The position numbers and the translations under genes are program-made. Below the pieces are notes generated by a model. That model was not told where the DNA came from. It searched no databases and saw only the letters and a program-made list of their open reading frames with translations. From Vicugna vicugna (taxonomy: Eukaryota), in contig MU058919.1 of the NCBI GenBank assembly GCA_013265495.1, forward strand, positions 4,543,345 through 4,607,344: 64,000 nt of DNA. The letters run 5' to 3'. Positions within the stretch are counted from its first letter, which is position 1. Each line of letters opens with the position of its first letter. Shown here in pieces: positions 35,376-45,950 of this stretch.

Positions 35376-38300
35376 GCCAGCCAGCCGGACACCGTCTGGT
35401 CAGTGATGGGAGCGCTCGGACCTACTGCCCCCACCCGCCTCGTGCCGGCCAGACTGGCTTGCTTGCCTGTTTCTTTCTCTTTTTTATTTTTTTTTCCTGG
35501 ACTTTATGGTTTTTTAGTTTGGATGCCGTGACCTCCCTGAGAACAGAGAAAGAGAATGAAAGTAAATGTGCTTCAGTAGAAGTATTAGAGACGGCGGGAT
35601 GGACCGGTGCTCCAAGGATTCATTTCAGGTGTGAAACATCATGGGAGGCTAGCTGGCTCAGCGTCTCATCGTTTGAACTTTTCCAGGGGATGGAAAGTGA
35701 GGTTATTTGCAAAAATTGGTAAAGTGGTAAAGTGGCAGACTGCCATGGATTTCGAGTCACTGTCCCGGTTAATTGAGACATCTGAAGGCGACACAGGGAG
35801 GGTGTCACCCAAGATATCTGACTCCCCAGGCTGGCTTAGCACAGGCAGCCTGGCCTTGATTTGGGAGGGAGAAGCCAAGTGTGTCCCATGTTCCTGGCGC
35901 CGGCGGATTAACAGAGTGGCAGTGATGTGGGTCTCCAAGGACAGGCCTGTGGGCCCACCTCCCGGCTCGGAGGAAGTCGGCTTCCCCAGCCGGTGGCAGG
36001 GGTGGAGCTGGGAGAAGCGGCAGGTGACACGTGGCCGTCCCCACGCAGGAAGGCACCGCCTGCCAGTTACTGGGTGAGGAGCTGAGAGGGAGCTTGCCAG
36101 AAAACCAAACTGGCTTTTAAAGGAAGTGGTTTCAAAGTAGCTTATTAATTCCAACTAAATTCAATGTTCGGTTCTTCTGGTTAAAAACCCAATGGACATG
36201 TCACCACAATTAGCGTGTGCTTGCCACTTCGAAACCAGAACTGACGGCTCCGAAGTGTCTGGGCTTAGAGGACGGACTTAGCGCCTTAGTGTGTAAAATG
36301 TATTCACTTTTTCTTTATGGAAAACAAAACCCCAGTAACACAGTAACCCACGGATCTGTGCCCACGCCCTCAGCGGCGCGTACCCCGTCCCCCCGAAGTC
36401 TAAACTATTCATAAGAAAGTCAGTTACTCCGACAGTGTCGAGGTCACCAAAGTCGTTTTTAAATTGCCCATCAACGTGGTGGGAATTTGGGAAGGATGAA
36501 ACGGGTATTTTAATGGAGCTGTGGACCTGTTCTCAGAGACCAAATTGTGCAGAACTGAAAAGCTCAAACGGGGTAATTCACTTTGGGGAGGGGGTGTCCT
36601 CCAAGGCCTGGGAGGGCTGGCCGGGCTCAGTCTGCCTGGCTTTATTAACTCATCCTTAATTAGCCCATAGCTTCGATACAATTTAGCTTGTGCCATATGG
36701 ACTGATACCGTGCTGAACGGTACCCCCCGTGCAGGTGACAGTCTGTCACATTGAAGGCAGACCAGCATAAACCCAACAGCAACACACCCTTAACGGCGGC
36801 GGCACCATTTGCAGCGCCAGAGTGATGGTCGTGTAAGCACTTCCATTAGAAACTCTTATTTTCAAAGATTTTATAAATTAGTCATTGAAAAAAATCACTC
36901 TGGGCTGAAATAAAATCCAGCCAATCAGCTCGTAGCCAAGAAGGCTGATGTTCAATGACACTGGAGAAAAACATGTGGCCGTCGCCCCAAGTTTTGGCTG
37001 CTCGCTCCCTTTCCTTGAATTCACTGAATCAGACACAAATGAAATTCTGTGCTGAGTGACAGACAAACGTTCCACATCGGCAGAGAAGACGGTATTCTCC
37101 AGGAGTAGACTGGCCTGGCCGCGGGGGTGTCCCTATGCGTTGCTTTGACTCCTTTTTGTCCTGCACCTTCGTGCCGATGGAAGGAGGGCGCCCCCTACAA
37201 CCAGTGGGAGTGGACCCTGCTCCCACACAAGGTAGGGGGACCCTGGACCCCACTCCAGGAAGGTGCTTCCGGAATGCGAAGAAACTTACTCAGACACGCA
37301 CAAGTTTTCTCTTTGCTGTGGCGTCTGAGAACAATACTTGACGGTTTTTGTATTTTCCCATCACTCAGGAAACCATGAAACTGTTGAGATTCTCATACAC
37401 GTTGCTTCCAGCTCTGGACCAGCTGACTGGGCCTTGTCGGGTCCGCTTGAACCTCGGTCCCAAAGGCCCTGAAAGCCCTTGATTCTCATTGTAACCATAA
37501 CCGCCACACAATACACTCGCAAGACCTTGTGGGCCAAGGTCCTTCAGTGAGTTACAGCGATCCAAAGACACTCAGGCTCCGAGTGGCCTTTTTCGACAAT
37601 TTTTAGTAAGATCATTCACTTCCTTTTTTCCAAAGCTAAAATTCTTTCCTTCAGGCTGTTGATTCTGGTTTCTTTCCGATTCTGCTCAGTGCACCGCACG
37701 TGCCCCAGGAGAACCCAAAGCCTTGGGGCTCTGCTGCTGAGCGGGGCCACGTGGCCCCCTTCCAGATGCAGGAAGTGGGGGAGCGAGCAGGCGGGGGGGC
37801 CTGGGGGTCTTGTTCTGATCCGTTACCTCCAACACATAAGCAGCTGGAGTGCAAGCAGTTTTGAGCTTGGATAACCTAAATAATCCCATCTTTCCCTTTT
37901 TCCTTGAGAAATGGACAGCCCGTCTTAACTCCGGCAGGAGGCGCTCCGGCTCACGACTGAGTGCCAAGGGCCCAGCCGGCTGGGAGGGCCCGCCCGGAGC
38001 TGGGGCTGCCTTCCGCGAGAGGACGGTAGGGAAAACGCTGGTTTGTGGGGTTTGGACACCTTCGTCCCGCTCACGTGCATTCTGTCCCATCGGCGAGGAG
38101 CGGGGAGGCACGGGTATCTCTCCTCTAAGCTGCGACCTTGCAGGACTATCCCAAATCTTAAAGAAGGAAAGCAACCGGAGTCAGCCCCCCGGCTGTGCCC
38201 GCACATCCCCGAGGGTCTGGGTGGGAAATGAGAGGGCCGTGGGCTTTGGGGACAAAAGAAGAATCGGTGGCTTCTGATGCAGACGCAGTGTGCCTCGTGG

Positions 38301-40984
38301 GTTCTCAGATGCTCCTGCGCCTCTGTCCTGCCTCCCCGTCAGGGTCTGTGCTGGGCTGGGCTGGGGACGAGGCGTTTCCTCGGGGGCTGGTCCAGCCTCC
38401 CTCTGCTTAGGGGTGTATATCTGCTCACTTTTAATAATGTTCAAGTCATGACACAGCACTAGATGGGAAAATAGCATTTCTTTATTAAAACTGCTTTATT
38501 AAGCCTGTTTTTCACCAATGTGCAGTGGTGCGGGGCGGGGGGGGTGTGTGCGTGTTTCCTCTGCTGCTGAAGAGAAGAGAGTCTGGCGAGTCTGACGGAC
38601 TTTTCTTTTGAAAGGCGGCTCTGCTGTTTTGCGTCCCTGGAATAAAATGACTTGTGCTGTGCAGACAGGAGCTAAATGTCCCCACCTCTCATCGGCCATT
38701 TATGTGACTCTACGGTTTTCAAATGGTGCGATGTGAGCGGATGCCAAATGTCCCGCCATTTCATAACCAGCAGCAGACAGAGCTCTTTTCAAAATGCCAC
38801 CACTCAGAGCATCTGTTGTTATTAAGGAAGCCGCTCAAAGGCTGTAGAGGACTTCGGTTTTGTTTTCGCCGTCACTTATCGAGCTAGAATAATACGCAGT
38901 TTGTGGACGAAGCTGACGTGTGAGAGCCATTGTGCCAATGGCTGTATTTAGTGTTCCCTTTTATTACTGACTGTAAAATAAACTTTGGCCTTTTTTAATA
39001 AATGTTATAAAAATGCTCTGTGAATCGAGAGAACATCTCCCATTAAGTGCATTTAACATCATCATAATGAAAAATGCAGCAACTGTCACGCATGCAGGAC
39101 CCATGTCCGTAAAAAGCCACATTGTCATTTGCACGGCTACCTGACAACCCTGGGCTGGGAGGGGAGAGGGTCAGGCCCCCAGCCGGGCGTGCACACACAG
39201 ACACACCCACACAGACACACGCACACGCACAGCCCTCTTCTGCCCCCGGGTCTCTGGAACTCCCTGGCTGATGAGATAGCATCTCCAAAGGAATGCTTTT
39301 AGCTGCCTCACACTTCTCTCTCAAGGAGAATTTGAACAATAACAAAACGCAGGCAGAGGCAGCCCCAGACAAGACGGTTTCGTTTCGGTGGAGAAGTCAC
39401 GAGAGAGAGCACCGTGGTGGCTGGAGCCATCTGGGCAGTGTCGGCGGGCCGCGGTGCCGCCTCCCTCTGCTCCACGTGAGCTCTCGGCTGCTTTTGATAT
39501 TTGAAAATGATGCAAACCAGAGGGCCCGGAGTGCGGGCGAGCCGGGAGAGCCGTCTCGGGTAAGGAGTTGGCCTGTCTCTGGTCAAACCTTTCAGGGTCT
39601 GTCTGCAGAATCTGCGTCTCAGCTTTTTCCAGGAGGTTCCCTGTGCTGCTACTCCCAACACGAGTGCCTGGGCTGCTTCCGTCCTGGAGACGCTGGATCA
39701 GATGAACGGGTGCCGGGGTGTCCCCAGTGCGCCCCGCATCCGTTTAAGACATCTGTTTGATTCAAGAAGAATCAGCCCTTCAGAGTGTCCGGGGCTGCGC
39801 CAGAGAAGCGAGGCTGGGCTTTTGTCTGGCGTTTGGAACCTGTGCGGCCAGAATCCAGGATACTGACCTTTATAGGAAATGAAAGAAATAAGCAGAACAC
39901 ACATCATCAAGTTTCCAGCTTAATTTCAAGGACTTTCTTCACATTGAGGCTTCATTTAAGTGTTGAATGAACATTTGTTATTTCTTGGATAGTCATTTGA
40001 CCAAGAAAGAAGGCAGGAGTCACTGCAGTGGAATTCCTCTGCCCCAGGGGAGAGAAGGGAAGGGTGGGCACCTGGCCACAGAGGCTGGAGTTCCCCTTAA
40101 GGGCACACTTTTGTCCTTTGATGCGTGTGACAATGACCAAAGAAACTGAGCAGCGCGCTGTTTGTAAGTGCCAGCGCCAGAGTCCCTGGTCTCTAGGTTA
40201 TAGGAACAACTGCCCTTTCTTGAAATTTCTCTGGTTGAACACACACCTCTCCTCTGTACTCTGATTCTTTCATTTAGTTTTTGTTTATCCGCCAGCCAGA
40301 CGGTTGCCCGCTAGAGCACGCTCACGCTGCCCCTGGTCGCTTCTGCCCCAAAGCCCCCAGGTCACCCTGGGTGCCACCCCCCCCCCGCTTTGGCCTCCAT
40401 CAAGGCCAAGTAGAGTGGGTTCAGGAAGCCAGTGAGGGGTCTACTCTTCCTCATGTGCTCTAAGAAATTTTAAGCCACATCCCAGCAGATATAAAGGACA
40501 TGCCTCACACAGCGATGCTTCGAAGTCACAGTTAAAGATGACCCACATGTGCAGTGTCCACTGTCCCCATCACAGAGGGGCCAGTTGCCTGAGACACCTG
40601 AGCTGTGTCTGAGTGTCGGCCACTGAGTCAGCGTCGGGCTGACTTCCTGTGGACGCCAGCCTTCTCTGGAGAGGCTCCTTCTCTGTTAACCAGTTTTTGC
40701 ACTGCGACTCTCAGTACCATCAGTGTCACCAACCCAGAGGCACTTCTACAACTGCAGCAGCACCCTCCTGCCCTCCCCCCATGCCAGGGACTCCGTGCAG
40801 CAACTAGCAGTGACCCCACCAGGCCAGCAGAGGGGGCCGTCCCCACCGCTGTGTGGGCCCCTCCGCAGGGATGGGCCCTTCTGCTCGGGCGACACACGGT
40901 CTGTTAAAACCACACACAGGTGCTGCAGCCCTGCCTTCCTCTTCCTGCTTCCTGCGGAGAAATAACCTCCCTTCCAAGGGCATG

Positions 40985-41055
40985 GGGGCTTTCAATGTGA
41001 AGATGGGGAACCTGAGGCTCTGAGAAGGGAAAACTTTCCAAGGTTAGGGAGCCGG
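40985..41055 (-). mobile_element. MIR core fragment
   Basis: 'gaagatggggaacctgaggctctgagaagggaaaactttccaaggtta'. Confidence 0.6.
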
Positions 41056-41721
41056 GAGAGGCCAAAGCTAAGGGACGCCCAGGCCTTGCTGTGTTGCTGG
41101 GGTCTGGGCCCGGTCTTCGAGGCATCTTGTGGGGCCACACCCTGCTCTCCCCATCACAGCCCTAGGACCCTGGGCTGTAACTTCCTGTTGACTTGTTGGC
41201 CCACCTCTCAGTGAACATCACCTGCATCGGGCAGCTTCCTAATCTGGCACCTAGTAGGCTGCTGGCGCTCCCCAGATATCCCTCAATGAGAAAGCGGTGG
41301 GTGGAGACCTTCTCCGAGGAGGCTCTTCCAGTGACTGGAGGCAGCCATCCTCGCTCGGTCCCCCAGGAATCCACTGTGCTTCATTGGTACCCTTGTGTAG
41401 CTCTTACCTGTGGCACCCTTGTCCCGTACCATTCACAGTAATGCCTGTGCCACTGCAATAGTCACAGAAGTGAATTCAGCCCCCAAGCGTCTCAGCATGC
41501 TGCTGTCCATTCTTCCGTGAGCATCTCCAGGTGCCAGGCCCTGGGTCAGGATGGGCTTCACGACAGAGTGGGTACCGACTTTGCGGGGCCACTCACAGCC
41601 CATGGAGGGGGCAGCCTAGTGGGAAACTCCGCCTGTTATGATCTGCATGCAGGGAAATATGGGGAGAGGACAACTGGGGGTTCCAAGAGGTGTGTCTGAG
41701 AAAAGGAAGGATGAGCGGATA

Positions 41722-41785
41722 GCTGAGTGAATGCAGGCACGAATGAATGAATGAACAGGAAGGTGAGTGAGTGAGTGAGTGAACG
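41722..41785. repeat. (GAAT)n/(GAGT)n simple repeat, possibly an L2 tail
   Basis: 'gaatgaatgaatgaacaggaaggtgagtgagtgagtgagtgaac'. Confidence 0.7.
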
Positions 41786-43424
41786 GGTGAGGAGGCCAAG
41801 TTCCCGGCCCCTCCTCTTCTCTCCCTCCGCACCTGCTCTGATCTGACCTCCCGCCGTCTGAGGACACTCAGGGGAGCTCAAGGTTGCTTCACTGTTTCCT
41901 CTTCTTGCAGCTCGTGGGAGACGGTGACCAGTGGTCCTAATGGAAAGAAAATGCTGGCCAGCTCTGCAACTCAGGATCCTTTTCATTTCTGCAGAATGGA
42001 AGTGACGCTTTTATTTTAAATAATTTTAAATTGTTATCTTAACTGCCCTTCCCCGAACATCGTATTTGTTTTTCCATCCGAAAACCGTCTCCAGATAGAC
42101 TGCTGCATCTGTTTGTCCGTCTGTCTCTCCGGTCTTCTTCCCTGATCCCAGCTTTCAGACACGTCTCTCTCCACTGGGAGACACTCCTCCCCACACCAGG
42201 TCACCGGCAGATGCACAGTGACGTCCCCAAAGCCGGCTCGAGACGGCTTCCTGCCGGGTCTCACAGCCAAAGTGAGATTTGTCACGAAACCCTCAGCACA
42301 GTCAAGGCGTTTTCTCTTTTTCATCTGACGTCAAAAATATAGCTGCTTGCAGTTTTGGTCTCCTGTTTGAGTTTTATGTTTGGCTTTGTTATTGAGGGAC
42401 CAAGAATTTATAAAAAAAAGCCTGACTTGAAGCAGCCTGGGGGTGACTGCCTGGGGCTCCCCCCGTCTCATAAAAGAGCTCAGACGGGGCTGCTTTTGTG
42501 TGGTGCTTGTTGGTTTCTGAGCCGAGCACTGCTTCGCTACCCGTGTGTGGAGACATCCTTCTCTCTGCCTGTCACCTTAGGAGCACTGTCTTCCTTTGTA
42601 GGCCAAGTTGGGGGGGGCAGCTAGAAGTCAGGGAGGTCAGGGAAGTGTCCCAACCCTGAAAAAGAAGTATCTTCTGTTTATCCCCAAACTTCCTTTATAT
42701 ATGCACTGAGCAGAGAGAGGCAGACACCCGAGGCTCTGACCCCAGCCAGCCCCTCTCCAAGGAAACTGTGCCATCTGCATTCCCTGAGGCCCTTCAGCCA
42801 GGGTCAGAGCACAGGGTTGTCCCCGCGGACAGGACCACGATCCAGGTGTCCCCTCCTCAGCTGCAGCAAAGCCCCGCCCGGTGAACACGACTCCCGGTGA
42901 CTGGAGAAACCAGAAGGACCGTGGATGGGAAGCGGGAGGTCCCAAAACAAGCGTTTTCCACGCACATTTCTTCCACGCGCAGGAGCATGCCGCCACGCGC
43001 AAGTCGGATAGTTCTGGAAGTTTCCGGTGTGACAGTCTGAGCAGGAGACTCACCGAACTGGCTTATCGTCCATAAGACAACTGGTTTTGAAAGTGGAAGG
43101 AGAGCCAAACCGAGGCACACAGAGCCCAGGAGGGGAACTGGAAGAAAGATAAGACCTGACCAGTTTGCCTGGTTTTCAAGCCCTCCGGGAAGAGCGGCAG
43201 GTGCTGAGAAACCGCCAGCCTTCCCAGCCACCCCGTCTGCGCTGGCAGCCACCACGCAGCCCGGAAGCCGTGGGACTCCTGTCCCTGGTGTATCCCCTCC
43301 AGGCCAGGAGGCTTTTGGCCACCAAGACCCGCTGTGTTGTCTTCACCTTGTTGAGACTTGACCTTTCCCTTCACACGAGCCCCGGCTGTGTCGTGATACC
43401 AGGGGGCCCTAGGTTCAGAACCTG

Positions 43425-43640
43425 CTTTCATTCAGCCGTTCACCAAATACCTATCGAGACCTACCATATGTCGTGCAAGGCACTGGGCGACCTCCCCATC
43501 TTTCCTGCACCTCTGTTTTCTCGTAAGCAAAGTAAAGGATAAAAATGAAAGCATCACAGAGGAGGTGAGAGGATAAAGTGTGACGATGAACCCACTGCCT
43601 GGGGCGTGGTCCCAGACACAAAGGAACTGACCAAAGCGTT
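43425..43640 (-). mobile_element. L2 3' end fragment
   Basis: 'ttcattcagccgttcaccaaatacctatcgagacctaccatatgtcgtgcaaggcactgg' resembles L2 tcattcattcaacaaatatttattgagcacctactatgtgccaggcactg. Confidence 0.65.
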
Positions 43641-45118
43641 AGCGCTTATTATAAAGGACCTGACTTGTGGAGCTAAATTTTCCAGGTCGGGGAGACAGGG
43701 AGCTGACATGGGGCCGGACAGTGCTGGAGGTGACACTTAAAGTCACGGCCAGGTGTCACCCATCTCCTTGACTGAGATCGAGGCTTTTGGAAAACACGGC
43801 AACAATTCATGAGCTTCCTTAGAGTCCTCTCAGGACCCAAACTCAGCGCTGCTGTTAAGTTCTTGCTCCTGATGGACCAGTGGCCCCACACCCTCTGAGA
43901 AGAACGAGGCAACGGGGGCCAACAGGGATCCAAGAGGGAGCCTGTGTACAATCGAGAAGAAGGGTCCTGTGAAGACTTAGCACATGACGGAAACGCTCAT
44001 CGGTGCTGTCATGACTACACGGTCAGCATTATGACTGCAATGGTCTCCTGTGCTCAGCCTTACGCAGCTAGTCAAATGCCTTGTCTTACAAGTAGGAAAA
44101 AATGCTCAGGTAGGTGGGGCACCCACCCAAGCCGCAGAGGCAGGGGCATCTCAAACCCAACGTGCTGTCTTTGGGTCAACTGGTCAGCCAGATTGTGCCC
44201 AACACGGTGCAGCGTCACTCAGCCTGTGAATCTTGAGACCATTCTTGTGCTTTTGTGGAGTCAGAGTTTAAAAAAAAGAAAAAAAATACGTATACAAACA
44301 TTTCAACGACAAGGTAATTGCAGCGTATGAAAGACGTGTGGTCCTTAGACACCACCTGTGGGTCTGTGGAATTCTATTTTCCTGCTCTCTCTTTTTTTTC
44401 TTTTCTTTTCTTTTCTCAGAGTGTTCTGTAACAGTGAAAGAAAGTAACAGGTCACCTCTCTGCCTTTGGCACCTGGAAACTTTCCAAGGTGGGCTAAAAA
44501 TAAGTGATGGATGAGAACGTGTTCTCCCGACGCCAGTGAGAGACCCGGCTCGGGTCAGAATGGCCCCGTCCTCTTTGAAGGAAAGAGGCACGCAGAGCAG
44601 AGAGCGCGGCGGCCGGTGGTAGGGAAGCCAGGGTTGGTTTTGTCTCCATCAGTCATGAATCAGGGCCTGCAGCGACTTCATTCTCACCTGCACGTTGAGG
44701 GGGCTGGGCCACCACTTGAATGCTCTGAAATGCCTCTGTTTCCTGTAGCCAGAGACAGCAGTCATCCGTGGGGCTCCCAGGACCCCGCCTGCTCGGGCAC
44801 GGTGGTCCCAGGGGCCCCTGGTGGCACAGCCAAGTCACCACCATTAGCAACTCAGAAGCACACAATCCCTGGCTTTAGGACCCAGAGGACAGTCAGGAGA
44901 AGGGACGGGAGAGGGTCCCGAGACGCCTCGGGGAGGACGAGGTGCCACACCTGCCGGGCTCTGACTGTGCTGACGGGAGGGGGGCCCCGCCAGCGAGGGG
45001 TGGGAAACTCTCCTAGCAACTCACTTTTAACAAACTACCTCCAAAGCTGCTTTAAATCATTTACCGGCTTCAATATCCCAACTGCCCGTGTATTTTTCAT
45101 CTGTTCCCATCCCTACAG

Positions 45119-45293
45119 GCTGTCTNNNNNNNNNNNNNNNNNNNNNNNNNNNNNNNNNNNNNNNNNNNNNNNNNNNNNNNNNNNNNNNNNNNNNNNNNNN
45201 NNNNNNNNNNNNNNNNNNNNNNNNNNNNNNNNNNNNNNNNNNNNNNNNNNNNNNNNNNNNNNNNNNNNNNNNNNNNNNNNNTTCACAAGGCCA
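45119..45293 (+). other. Internal exon (175 bp; interior 45126-45281 is N); coding status undetermined
   Basis: Acceptor 'tatttttcatctgttcccatccctacAG|gctgtct' and donor 'acaaggcca|GTGAGT' bracket the N-block almost exactly. Confidence 0.7.
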
Positions 45294-45809
45294 GTGAGTG
45301 CCTAGAACCAGCCACGGAAGCGGGACCAGCGCGCGCCGACTCGATGCTTTATGGGACTATTAATAAGTATGGATGGCTACGTCTCTTTAATTTTACCTTG
45401 GCTTCGGGGAGCCTTATTTTCCTAGGGATTTAGGTTAGCTCCCAGATGGTACAAATCAGGATCAATCTTCTTTTCGAGTTAAAAGAATCACTCTCACTCC
45501 CATTCCTGCCATTTGTCCTCCGGGCTCCCCCTTCCCGCGACCTCGCTAAAAATAACTGCCAGTCGTTTGTGGAATTTGTTTGCTAATTCCCAAGGTCCCG
45601 AAAGGTCCTTGCAGGTGACATGCAATAAACTCGACCAGCTCAAATTTCCTAAGTTATCTTGAGCCATCGTTTGCTGTTTCGGGGTGGAGAGAGCCATTTT
45701 CTGAGCTCTCTCAAACGTACGTGTTCTGTTTTTCTTGTGAAACGAAAGCAGGGCGGTATTGGAGATCATTGCAACGACGTCGTCTGTGACTTGAGCATGT
45801 GATGTCATG

Positions 45810-45950
45810 TTTCTGGGGCGTCTCCTGTTTATCACACGCTGTTCTGGGCAGTAGGGATCCATCAATGAACAAAGGGATGTGACTCCTGCCCCCGTGGTGC
45901 CTACCTCCAGTGGAGTGGGGCAGACGACACAGAAGTACGGCAAACAGGTG
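45810..45950 (-). mobile_element. L2 3' fragment
   Basis: 'cgctgttctgggcagtagggatccatcaatgaacaaagggatgtgactcctgcccccgtggtgcctacctccagtggagtggggcagac'. Confidence 0.75.

Noticed and set aside
44511-45305. 264-aa ORF running through the N-block
   Set aside because: It reads through an intron acceptor and N bases; only 45119-45293 has exon-like boundaries.
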